DNA of 64,000 nucleotides from Dehalococcoidia bacterium (GTDB lineage Bacteria > Chloroflexota > Dehalococcoidia > Lucifugimonadales > UBA2985): positions 1,785,278 through 1,849,277 of the forward strand of contig OY821663.2 in assembly GCA_963555975.3 (NCBI GenBank), written 5' to 3'. The notes under the pieces were generated by a model that was not told the DNA's origin, did no database searches, and worked only from the letters and a program-made list of their open reading frames with translations. Position numbers and translations under genes: made by a program. Within the stretch, counting starts at the first letter, position 1. The number at the start of each line of letters is the position of its first letter. Of the stretch, positions 50,886-61,842 are shown piece by piece.

Positions 50886-52695
50886 CAGTCCAACCCTTCA
50901 AGCCATCCGTGCCAGGCTGGATCTGACGCAGGAGCAGCTCGCCGAGAGGCTCGGCGTGTCGTTTGCCACCGTGAACCGGTGGGAGGGCGGCGTGACCATG
51001 CCGCAAAAGGCGGCCCAGACAGCCATCGCCGCGCTTGCTGTCGAGGCGGGCATCGACGCCGCTGAGCCAGCCGTTGATGAGGCAGAGTCCGCTGCCCGCG
51101 TGACCCGTCGGCGCTCCCGCCGGCAGGCCGTCGTTCCCACCACCAAGGACATGGAGCAGATGCTGTGGGGCGCCGCCTGCTCAATCAGAGGCGAAAAGGA
51201 CGCGTCCAAGTTCAAGGACTACCTGCTGCCGCTCCTTTTCCTCAAGCGCCTCTCCGACGTGTTCGACGACGAGATCGAGCGGCTGGCACAGGAGTTTGGG
51301 GACCGGGCAATCGCGCAGGAGATCGCGGAGAGTGACCACGACCTGCTGCGCTTCTACCTGCCGCCGGAGGCCCGCTGGGGCGTGGTCAACGGCCGGGAGC
51401 CGCACGACTGGCCCCTCGACGCGCAGGGCCGCAGCGCCCGCCCCCGCGACGTCGGCGAGCGCCTGACCCTGGCCGTGCGCGCCGTCGTGCGTTACAATCC
51501 CACGCTCTCCGGCGTCATCGACCTGGTGGACTTCGCATCGGAGCGCAACGGCGAGCGCGACCTCAACCCGGCCCGGCTCGCCTCCGTCGTCGAGACCTTC
51601 TCCGACCCCCGCTATCGCCTGGGGCTGGCCGACGTTCAGCCCGACTTCCTGGGCCGCGCCTACGAGTACCTGCTCCGAAAGTTCGCCGAGGGCTCCGGCC
51701 AGAGCGCGGGCGAGTTCTTCACCCCCACCGAGGTCGGCTTCCTCATGGCTCACATCATGCGCCCCCGGCCCGGCGAGACGTGCCACGACTACGCCTGCGG
51801 CTCGGCGGGACTGCTCATCAAGCTCCAGCTAGTGGCTCGCGAGACTGACCCCACCAGCCGCGTCCCTCTCAGGCTCTACGGGCAGGAGCTGCAGGCCGAC
51901 AGCTACGCCGTCGCCCACATGAACGCCATCATCCACGACATGGAGGTCCGGATAGAGCGCGGCGACACCATGATCAACCCCAAGTTCAAGGACGCCGCAG
52001 GCCGCATCACGGGCCACGACGTCGTGGTCGCCAATCCCATGTGGAACCAGGACTTCAACCAGGGCGTTTTCGAAAACGACCCGTTCGACCGCTTCCGCAC
52101 CGCCGGGGGCGTCACCACCGGCAAGGGCGATTGGGCCTGGCTCCAGCACACCCTGTCCTGCCTGAACGACCGAGGGCGGGCTGCCGTGGTGCTGGACACC
52201 GGCGCGGTGACTCGCGGCTCCGGCAGCAAGAACGAGGACAGGGAGCGCAACATCCGAAGGTGGTTTGTGGAGCGTGACCTGGTGGATGGCGTGATCCTTC
52301 TGCCGGACAACCTCTTCTACAACACCAGCGCCGCCGGCGTCATCGTCGTGCTGTCCCGGCGCAAGCCGGAGGCGCGCAGGGGCAGGATTGTGCTCGTCAA
52401 CGCCAGCCGTCGCGTGCGCAAAGGCCGCCCCAAGAACTATATTCCTGAGGAGCACGTCCGCCCGATAGCGGCGATGTTCCTGAATGGCGAGCCGGTGGAG
52501 GGCGAAGTGGCCGTCATCACGCGGGAGCAGGCAGCGGAAGCCGACTACAACCTCAGCCCGAGTCGATGGGTGGGGCAGGCGGCGAGCGTTGATGGGGCTT
52601 CCATGTCCGACCTGGTTGCCGAACTCCATAGACTTTCTGCCGAGATACAAGCATCAGATAAACAGCTCTTCTCGGCGCTGGAGCTGCTCCGTTGA
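50848..52695 (+). CDS. hsdM: type I restriction-modification methyltransferase subunit HsdM with an N-terminal XRE-type HTH extension
   Basis: [32 protein letters not shown], then HsdM_N ([34 protein letters not shown]). Motif I is [10 protein letters not shown] and motif IV is the variant ANPMWNQ. The start codon is uncertain (GTG 50848 or TTG 50866). Confidence 0.88.
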   Translation: MYLRCCLQTRQSISPTLQAIRARLDLTQEQLAERLGVSFATVNRWEGGVTMPQKAAQTAIAALAVEAGIDAAEPAVDEAESAARVTRRRSRRQAVVPTTKDMEQMLWGAACSIRGEKDASKFKDYLLPLLFLKRLSDVFDDEIERLAQEFGDRAIAQEIAESDHDLLRFYLPPEARWGVVNGREPHDWPLDAQGRSARPRDVGERLTLAVRAVVRYNPTLSGVIDLVDFASERNGERDLNPARLASVVETFSDPRYRLGLADVQPDFLGRAYEYLLRKFAEGSGQSAGEFFTPTEVGFLMAHIMRPRPGETCHDYACGSAGLLIKLQLVARETDPTSRVPLRLYGQELQADSYAVAHMNAIIHDMEVRIERGDTMINPKFKDAAGRITGHDVVVANPMWNQDFNQGVFENDPFDRFRTAGGVTTGKGDWAWLQHTLSCLNDRGRAAVVLDTGAVTRGSGSKNEDRERNIRRWFVERDLVDGVILLPDNLFYNTSAAGVIVVLSRRKPEARRGRIVLVNASRRVRKGRPKNYIPEEHVRPIAAMFLNGEPVEGEVAVITREQAAEADYNLSPSRWVGQAASVDGASMSDLVAELHRLSAEIQASDKQLFSALELLR

Positions 52696-53945
52696 AGCTA
52701 TCCGTTGTATCAGCGAAACTCGGCGATCCGAGCGTGGCCTCCGTGATTCTTGGACAGTCGCCCCCCTCGTCAGCCTATAATGAGAATGGAGAGGGACTGC
52801 CGTTCTTTCAGGGCAGGGCGGATTTCCAGCGACTCCATCCAATCCCACGTGTCTGGTGCACGGAAAGTCAGAAGTTTGCGGAGCCAGGAGACATATTGGT
52901 TTCTGTCCGAGCTCCGGATGGTGATGTCAATGTTGCATCGGAGCGTTGCGGAATAGCAAGGGGACTGGCCGCTGTTCGCCCAGGACCGGATGGCGACCCG
53001 TGGTTCCTGTACTTTGCTATGCTCTACTCCAAGCCTACACTGGAAGCTAGAGCCACAGGCTCCACATTTGACAGTGTCAACAGGAACACGCTGAACGACC
53101 TGGATATACCGTTCTTCGACATGGTGACCCAGACGGCAATTGGAGGGTTTCTGCGCTCACTAGTCTATCGGATTGAACAAGAGGATGAGGCTGTTCGGGC
53201 GGCCCAAACCCTCAAGCGCGCCGCCATGCGCACGCTGTTCACCCGCGGGCTGCGCGGCGAGGCGCAGAAGGAAACGGAGATTGGGCCGGTGCCGGAGAGT
53301 TGGGAGTTGAAGGCTATATGCGACCTGTTTGAGATTGGACAGGGGTTGTCTTTGAAAGGCAATCTGGCGACCGACGGTCAGGGAATGCCCTTTCTCCGAA
53401 CGTCGAATGTATATTGGGGTGAAATGGATTTAGGAACAGTCAGCCGAATGCGGCTAGTAGGCGATGCGCCACCCGAAAAGCTCCTCCGCAAAGGTGATTT
53501 GCTTGTATGTGAAGGGGGTGAAATCGGTCGTGCTGCTGTATGGGATGGCGAGATTGAGGGATGTCTATACCAGAACCATTTGCACCGTCTCCGCCCAATG
53601 GAATCTACCCAAACGAACCCTCTATTCGCTATGGCGTGGCTGGAAGAAGGGTTCAAGTACCGCAATGCCTACGAGGGCGCAGGAAACCGCACGACGATTC
53701 CCAATCTTTCACGCTCCCGGCTAGCAGGGCTTTCTGTTCCCCATCCAACTGTAGATGAACAGCGCGAGATAGTTGCCATTCTTGGTGCAATAGACGGCAA
53801 GATAGACCTACACCGCCGCAAGCGCGCCGTGCTGGAGGAGCTGTTCAAGGCGCTGCTGCATAAGCTGATGACGGGGGAGGTGCGCGTGGGGGAGTTGGAT
53901 GTCTCCAAGTTATTCAGCGTTCGAAAGAGGTGGAGCTATGGCTAG
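52692..53945 (+). CDS. hsdS: type I restriction-modification specificity subunit HsdS
   Basis: TTG start overlaps the hsdM stop (TTGA). It has two target-recognition domains separated by conserved helices ([11 protein letters not shown] and [16 protein letters not shown]). Confidence 0.88.
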   Translation: MKLSVVSAKLGDPSVASVILGQSPPSSAYNENGEGLPFFQGRADFQRLHPIPRVWCTESQKFAEPGDILVSVRAPDGDVNVASERCGIARGLAAVRPGPDGDPWFLYFAMLYSKPTLEARATGSTFDSVNRNTLNDLDIPFFDMVTQTAIGGFLRSLVYRIEQEDEAVRAAQTLKRAAMRTLFTRGLRGEAQKETEIGPVPESWELKAICDLFEIGQGLSLKGNLATDGQGMPFLRTSNVYWGEMDLGTVSRMRLVGDAPPEKLLRKGDLLVCEGGEIGRAAVWDGEIEGCLYQNHLHRLRPMESTQTNPLFAMAWLEEGFKYRNAYEGAGNRTTIPNLSRSRLAGLSVPHPTVDEQREIVAILGAIDGKIDLHRRKRAVLEELFKALLHKLMTGEVRVGELDVSKLFSVRKRWSYG

Positions 53946-54399
53946 CAGGAGGCCTTTGTCGAAGTTTCAGTGGCGGGATAAACTTGGCGAGATGTGGACT
54001 GTGCAGTTCACTAGGAGCCCGATAGGTTTTTCCGCCGAAGAAACCTGCGGAACAAGGCTTCGTGCGGGCGTAATGCAAGTGCAGGCTCTCAGTACTGAGA
54101 ACGCCAAACTACCCATTGTTCGCCTGAACGATATACAGGTCGACACCCAGTTTGAGAACCGCGGCATGGGTTCGATGTTGGTGAGGGAAGCCCTCGAAAT
54201 ATGCAAGCGGCTGGGCCATGTGGGCATGTATGGAACTCTCAGCATTGTAGACAGCGACCACTTTGACAAGCTCAAGCACTTCTATGAACAGCTGGGGTTC
54301 TCTGTCGTCTTCTATAAGCCTGGAGACCCTAACTATAGACATTCTAGCGTTGGCAAGATTGAGATAATGTTCGACAATGTCGAGGAAAGTCGCAGATGA
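53938..54399 (+). CDS. GNAT-family acetyltransferase-like protein
   Basis: ATG overlaps the hsdS stop by 8 nt (ATGGCTAG). It has a motif A-like region, VDTQFENRGMGSMLVREALEICKRLGH. Confidence 0.55.
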   Translation: MASRRPLSKFQWRDKLGEMWTVQFTRSPIGFSAEETCGTRLRAGVMQVQALSTENAKLPIVRLNDIQVDTQFENRGMGSMLVREALEICKRLGHVGMYGTLSIVDSDHFDKLKHFYEQLGFSVVFYKPGDPNYRHSSVGKIEIMFDNVEESRR

Positions 54400-54471
54400 G
54401 TTTTGGGAGTGTACTGACGCTGACGTTAGGCCTCCCGCGCTAGTCGGAAACGGGACAGGAGGTAACTCAGC

Positions 54472-54672
54472 ATGGCAACGCCAAGCGGATCTGTTTGCGA
54501 GCCTTGCACCGAGGCGGTCATAGAGGCCGCCATGATGGTGGGCGAGGACTACCATGACGAGGAACGCGTGGCTATACTGGCTCGCACCAGTGGCGGAGAC
54601 ATCTTCCCCCACGAGTGCGATGCGGAGGATGATGAGGACGTGGAATGTCATTGCGGTTGCCAGCGCAACTAG
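54472..54672 (+). CDS. small, very acidic Cys-rich protein (66 aa)
   Basis: Strong RBS (GGAGG, 9 nt before the ATG). It has 17 Asp/Glu versus 3 Arg by hand count, and cysteines arranged CxxC...C...CxCxC. Confidence 0.45.
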   Translation: MATPSGSVCEPCTEAVIEAAMMVGEDYHDEERVAILARTSGGDIFPHECDAEDDEDVECHCGCQRN

Positions 54673-54685
54673 GCAAGAGTGAGAT

Positions 54686-54802
54686 ATGCGTACAGCGCCT
54701 GACCACATCACAACCTTGGCCTCCGGCGGCGAGACTGAGACGCTGGAGTTCAAGGAGACAACCGGGACGCGGGATGCGCGGGCAGGGCGCCGTTGGCTGT
54801 GA
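54686..54802 (+). pseudogene. fragment of an AlbA_2/Schlafen-type (divergent AAA-4) DNA-binding protein gene
   Basis: The 38-codon ORF begins ...GGETETLEFKETTGTR, the typical N-terminal ExxxLEFK signature, and then terminates. Confidence 0.45.
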
Positions 54803-54812
54803 CTAAGCTCAC

Positions 54813-55136
54813 GTGGAGGAGGAAATGAACTCAGAAGTATCCGTACCCAAGGACGCCCTCGCCGCATTCTGCAGGGAGCGCGGCGTCAAGCGGTTGTCTG
54901 TGTTCGGCTCGGCACTGCGGGAGGACTTTGGGCCCGATAGCGACGTGGACGTGCTGGTGGAGTTCGAGGAAGGCCGGACGCCGGGACTGTTCGGCTTTTC
55001 CGCCATGGAGTCGGAACTGTCCGCGATGTTTGGCAGGTACGTTGACCTGGTGACTCGCGCAGAATTGGAAGACAGCCGGAACTACATCCGCCGCAAGGCT
55101 ATCCTTGCATCAACCGAGGTGATCTATGAAGCGTGA
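54813..55136 (+). CDS. MNT-type nucleotidyltransferase (antitoxin of HEPN-MNT modules)
   Basis: GS-x10-DxD motif: FGSALREDFGPDSDVDVLVEF. Confidence 0.85.
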   Translation: MEEEMNSEVSVPKDALAAFCRERGVKRLSVFGSALREDFGPDSDVDVLVEFEEGRTPGLFGFSAMESELSAMFGRYVDLVTRAELEDSRNYIRRKAILASTEVIYEA

Positions 55137-55488
55137 CGACGCCTATTTGCTTGATATGCTGCTGGCGTCGCGGGACGCGGTAGAGTTTCGCGGGCCGGAT
55201 CACCTATTCGCAGTTCGAGAATAGTCGTCTGCATCAGAACGCTATCCTGAAGGCAGTGGAGATTGCTGGAGAAGATGCGTCCCGCGTGAGTTCCGGCACG
55301 AGAGAAAGCCAGACAGACATTCCATGGGGGCAGATAGTCGGTATGCGCAATCGCTTGGTTCATGCCTATTTCGACGTTGACATAGGTCTGGTCTGGCGGA
55401 CTGTTCAAGAAGACCTGCCGGCCCTGATATCACAACTCGAACGCATAGTGCCACCGGATTCCACATCCCATAGCGCCGAACACCAGCC

Positions 55489-55492
<4 letters not shown>
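55126..55492 (+). pseudogene. HEPN/DUF86 toxin gene carrying a frameshift
   Basis: The N-terminus MKRDDAYLLDMLLASRDAVEF is in one frame (stop at 55222). The rest (ITYSQFENSRLHQNAILKAVEIAGE...GMRNRLVHAYFDVD, with R-x4-H) is in the next frame, open from about 55184. The stop overlaps the hsdR ATG (ATGA). Confidence 0.7.
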
Positions 55493-57589
<2,097 letters not shown>

Positions 57590-57618
<29 letters not shown>

Positions 57619-58763
57619 TCCGAACGCGTCGGCTAGAGAGCTGGGGTTCCAGGCGTTCTCCCTGAAGGCGCGGGCTATGTTTTCAGCGCCCAACAGCCTG
57701 AGGATGTTGATGGCAGCGTTCCTTACAGTCGCCATTGCCTGTGGCGCTGCTCCGGTCCGTACCCGGCATCCATCCTCTCCCATACTCACGCCCCTCACGT
57801 AGTGGACGCGGTTCTCTATGCCCCAGTGTCCGCGTATGAGGCTGAGGAGCTTGTCGGCGGAGGTGTCAGGCCCCAGGCTGGTGATAGCGTACCGCACCTG
57901 CCTGGCCTCCCTGCCTCTGAGCCATCGGCGACTCTCCAACTTGATGACCTGCCTGTGCCCCGGCCAGTCCAGGTAACCTGCAAGAGCACAGGTGGCCCAT
58001 AGTCTGCGCACCTCCCACCGGTCTCCATGCCTGTCCTCAGTCTCCGTATACGCATATGGCTCTCCCGACACCGGCCGACTGAAGCACAACTCTATGTCCT
58101 CGTACAGGCTCTTCTGATTGCTCTTGACTATCACCACGTAATCCCCTCCATCCTCCACCACTCGCCGGCACAGATGCCGCTGGCAGTACAGGGCGTCTCC
58201 GGTCAACACCCTGCCTCTCATGCTCACCATGTCCAGCAGGGCGTTCGCCATGCTCAACTCCGACTCCTGCTTCTCTCCTATGACCCCCCTTTTTGTCCCA
58301 CCACCAGCGATAGCCGGTGGCTGTATAGCGATACCAGTCTGACTCCAGGAACCTCATCCCCTTGTATCCCTCTCAGCGCCTTGCCATCTATCGCTATTGC
58401 CTCCTGTTCCTCTCCCAACATGGACACGAAACACTCGCCAAGCGCACGCTCAAACTCATCCACGTCCAGCCTCTTGAACACCTTGTGCAACGTGGATACA
58501 GACGGCGTCTTCTCTCGCGTGAAGCCCAACGCCTTGAGCATCGCCGAGTCCTGCGTCCGGCCCCATTGGGCGATGGCATACAGACTACGGGCGCCACAGG
58601 CCATCGCCAATACCGACAGCGCCAATATCGCGCCCAACCGATGACGACGACCATGTCTGGACCGGGGATCAGGCACCTGCTCCAGCGCTTCCAGTAGGCC
58701 TGCGCCTAATCCTTCTGCCATAATGCCTTACTCTAATACCTCACCACAATAATGAAAAGACCC
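57590..58763 (-). mobile_element. ISAs1-family insertion sequence (1174 bp) with a split transposase
   Basis: Perfect 22-bp terminal inverted repeats GGGTCTTTTCATTATTGTGGTG (57590-57611; reverse complement at 58742-58763). The transposase is in two frames. 58278-58721 holds the N-terminal H-repeat/DDE_Tnp_1-associated part, LEALEQVPDPRSRHGRRH. 57601-58257 holds the DDE part, GHWGIENRVHYVRGVSMGED. Confidence 0.85.
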
Positions 58764-58852
58764 TAGGGGATTGACCGAAACCTTTGTGCACGCGGCATGG
58801 TTAGGGTATAATGCCAGGACTCCATCGGCGCGGCAAAAGGAGCACGATAGCC

Positions 58853-59206
58853 GTGGGCACGTTTGTAGCAAGAGTTCAGGTCAGCAGAGGCAAGAACAGC
58901 CCGTTTGAGGCAGTCGATGCGCTGGTGGATACCGGCGCAACCTACTCGATGTTTCCCGCCCAACTCTTGCGAAGCTTGGGAGTGGAACCTCTCGAAGAGA
59001 CGGAATTCACCCTGGCGGACGGAACCAGAAAGCCCTTCCAGTTGGGAGAGGTGCGGTTGCGTATCGGGTCTGCCGAGCGCCCCAGCATCGCAATCTTCGG
59101 GCCGGAGGGCCGCTCAATCCTGGGCGCCGTTTCCTTGCAGGAGTTCGGGTTGATTGCCGATACGACGCATCATCGCTTAGCTCCTGCCCCTGAGTTGACT
59201 CTCTAA
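58853..59206 (+). CDS. retropepsin-like (clan AA) aspartic protease, second copy
   Basis: GTG start after AAGGAG. The ATG at 58811 sits inside a TATAAT (58807-58812) and is unlikely to be used. D-T-G motif ALVDTGATYSMFP. Confidence 0.6.
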   Translation: MGTFVARVQVSRGKNSPFEAVDALVDTGATYSMFPAQLLRSLGVEPLEETEFTLADGTRKPFQLGEVRLRIGSAERPSIAIFGPEGRSILGAVSLQEFGLIADTTHHRLAPAPELTL

Positions 59207-59402
59207 CGGGTAACCGCCATGAGCAGTCCGTTGCCCCTGCTGCGGCTCCGCAATGTCGCTCTGCAACCGCCCGCGCGGGGATTGACCCGCCCCCGCCATT
59301 GATACTACAATCCATTCGCGCAACCTACGTTGCCCCATTGGAAGGGAGAGCTTGAGCAAGGTGACCTTTCCGCCAGGGGTGGAGGCGGCCGGAGACTGGG
59401 AC

Positions 59403-60800
59403 ATGCCGCAGGAAAGTTGCGGCGTGGTCGGCGTATACGCACCCGGCGAGGACGTGGGGCGCATCGCCTTCTTTGGCCTGTTCGCCCTCCAGCACCGCGG
59501 GCAGGAGAGCGCCGGCATCGCCGTAAGCAACGGCGAGTCCATCCGCAACAGCACGGCAATGGGCCTGGTGGCGCAGGCCTTCCGCGAGGAAGACCTCCAG
59601 CGACTCACAGGCCACATCGCCATAGGCCACACCCGATACTCCACCGCAGGCTCCAGCATCCTCTGCAACGCGCAGCCCATACTCGCCAGCGGCCCCTACG
59701 GCGAGATGGCTCTGGGCCACAACGGAAACGTGGTAAACGCCCTGCCGCTGCGCAAGGAGCTAGAGGAGTGGGGCTGCCGCTTCACCTCCACGTCCGACTC
59801 CGAGATCGTGGCGCAGTTGCTCGCCAACGCGCCCGGCCGAGACTGGTCGGAGCGCGTGCAGTACCTCATGCGCCGCGTGCAGGGCGCGTACTCCCTGGTT
59901 GTCCTGACAAAGGAGTCGCTCATAGCCATTCGAGACCCCCTCGGCGTGCGCCCCCTGTGCGTGGGCAAGATGAACGGCGGCTGGATAGTGGCCTCCGAAA
60001 GCTGCGCCCTCGACCACCTGGGCGCGACGCTGGTCCGAGAGGTCGATCCCGGCGAGGCCATCATCGTCGACGACCGGGGCATGAGGACGCTCTACCGCGG
60101 CGGCGAGCGGCGCCGCGCCTTCTGCGTATTTGAGTACATCTACTTCGCCCGGCCCGACAGCGTCCTTAGCGGCCGCCTCACCTACTCGCTGCGGCAGGAG
60201 ATGGGGTCGCAGCTTGCTCGGGAGCATCCCGTGGACGCCGACGTGGTCATCGGCGTGCCCGACTCCGCAACCGCGGCCGCCGTGGGCTACGCGCGAGAGG
60301 CAGGCATCCCGTACAACGAGGGTCTGCTCAAGAACCGCTACGTTGGGCGCACCTTCATCGAGCCCGACCAGCGCGTCCGCGACCTGGGCGTGCAGCTCAA
60401 GTTCAACACCCTGCCGGAGGTTCTGAGCGGCAGGCGCGTTGTGGTGGTGGACGACAGCATCGTGCGGGGCACCACTACGCCCCACGTGGTGCGCCTGGTG
60501 CGGCGGGCAGGCGCAACCGAGGTGCATCTGCGCGTCTGCGCTCCGCCCATTCGTCACCCCTGCCAGCTTGGCGTGGACATGGCCTCCTACCGCGAGCTGA
60601 TAGCCGCCAACAAGAGCGTGGAGGAGATCCGGCAGTTCGTGGGAGCGGACTCGCTCGGCTACCTGAGCGTGGACGGGCTGCTCGACACAGTGGGCGGCGA
60701 CTCCGATTCGCACTGCGCGGGCTGCTTCACCGGCAACCACCCCATACCCGTCCAGCTGGAGATGGGCAAGCTGTCGCTCGAAGTCCCGGCCCTGCGGTGA
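59403..60800 (+). CDS. purF: amidophosphoribosyltransferase
   Basis: Ntn Cys in MPQESCGVVGVY, a PRPP loop (VVVVDDSIVRGTT) and Fe-S cysteines at the C-terminus. The longer TTG-initiated ORF from 59352 is possible. Confidence 0.93.
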   Translation: MPQESCGVVGVYAPGEDVGRIAFFGLFALQHRGQESAGIAVSNGESIRNSTAMGLVAQAFREEDLQRLTGHIAIGHTRYSTAGSSILCNAQPILASGPYGEMALGHNGNVVNALPLRKELEEWGCRFTSTSDSEIVAQLLANAPGRDWSERVQYLMRRVQGAYSLVVLTKESLIAIRDPLGVRPLCVGKMNGGWIVASESCALDHLGATLVREVDPGEAIIVDDRGMRTLYRGGERRRAFCVFEYIYFARPDSVLSGRLTYSLRQEMGSQLAREHPVDADVVIGVPDSATAAAVGYAREAGIPYNEGLLKNRYVGRTFIEPDQRVRDLGVQLKFNTLPEVLSGRRVVVVDDSIVRGTTTPHVVRLVRRAGATEVHLRVCAPPIRHPCQLGVDMASYRELIAANKSVEEIRQFVGADSLGYLSVDGLLDTVGGDSDSHCAGCFTGNHPIPVQLEMGKLSLEVPALR

Positions 60801-60806
60801 GGCGCA

Positions 60807-61814
60807 ATGGCGGGTGAGACCTACCTGGCCGCCGGGGTCAACCAGGCAGCCGCCCGCAGCGCAAAGCAGGCCATAGCTGCGCTGGCGCGCAACACGCACG
60901 ACCACAACGTCATCGGCGGCGTGGGCTTCTTTGGCGGCCTGTACCGGCTCCAGGGCTATCAACGGCCCGTCCTCGTATCCAGCACCGACTCGCCCGGCAC
61001 CAAGCTCAGGCTGGCAACCCTCACCGGCCGCTTCGAGAGCGTGGGCATCGACGTGGTGAACCACTGCGTAAACGACGTGTTCACGTCCGGCGCAAGGCCG
61101 CTCTTCTTCCTGGACTACCTTGGCGTGGGTCGGCTTCACGCGGAGCGGGCCGAGGCGCTGGTGCGCGGCGTAGCGGAGGCGTGCCGCGCGGTGGGCTGCG
61201 CCCTGATTGGCGGCGAGACCGCGGAGCTGCCCGGCATATACCCGGAGGACGGCTTCGACCTCGCGGGTTTCGCGGTGGGCGTGGTAGAGGAGGACGAGAT
61301 TCTGGACGGCTCTTCAATCGCCGCGGGCGACCTGCTGCTGGTCGTGCCCTCCAACGGCCTGCACACCAACGGCTACTCACTGGCGCGCAGGGTGTTCGGC
61401 GTGGACGACAACCCCGCCGTGCTGGAGCGCGAATCGCCTGAGCTTGGCGTCACCCTGGGAGAGGCGCTGATGGAGCCGCATCGCTGCTACTATCCGCTGC
61501 TGGAGCCTGTCCTGCCGCTCATAAAGGGCATGGCGCACATAACGGGCGGCGGCCTGCCGGAGAACGTGCCCCGCATACTGCCGGCCGGCCTCGGCGCGCG
61601 CTTCGACACGTCCGCGTGGCAAGTCCCGCCAATCTTCTCGCTCATCCGCGAGGCGGGCAACGTTGACAACGACGAAATGTTCCGCGTGTTCAACATGGGC
61701 GTGGGCATGGTTCTGGCCTGCTCGCCGGAGCGCGTGGACGAGGTTCGCCGCCTGGCGCCGGAGGCCGTCGTGGCCGGCGAGGTTACGGCGGGCGAGGGCG
61801 TAACCCTGGACTGA
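60807..61814 (+). CDS. purM: phosphoribosylformylglycinamidine cyclo-ligase (AIR synthetase)
   Basis: 335 aa with blocks VSSTDSPGTKL, DYLGVG and GGETAELPG. Confidence 0.93.
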   Translation: MAGETYLAAGVNQAAARSAKQAIAALARNTHDHNVIGGVGFFGGLYRLQGYQRPVLVSSTDSPGTKLRLATLTGRFESVGIDVVNHCVNDVFTSGARPLFFLDYLGVGRLHAERAEALVRGVAEACRAVGCALIGGETAELPGIYPEDGFDLAGFAVGVVEEDEILDGSSIAAGDLLLVVPSNGLHTNGYSLARRVFGVDDNPAVLERESPELGVTLGEALMEPHRCYYPLLEPVLPLIKGMAHITGGGLPENVPRILPAGLGARFDTSAWQVPPIFSLIREAGNVDNDEMFRVFNMGVGMVLACSPERVDEVRRLAPEAVVAGEVTAGEGVTLD

Positions 61815-61842
61815 CTACACTGCGACACAAGGGAGGTGGCCC

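Noticed and set aside
54109-54867. 252-aa ORF on the minus strand spanning the hsdS-hsdR cargo region.
   Set aside because: It overlaps four better-supported plus-strand ORFs (GNAT, acidic ORF with a strong RBS, AlbA_2 fragment, MNT start). It has no motif or RBS support.
58764-59350. Searched by eye for a direct repeat of the tRNA-Lys 3' end (att site) marking the right border of the island.
   Set aside because: No copy of ...GGTTCGAATCCCTGACGGCCCACCA or a substantial part of it was seen. The right border appears to be defined by the ISAs1 element instead. A computational search of the whole window would be needed to exclude a short att remnant.
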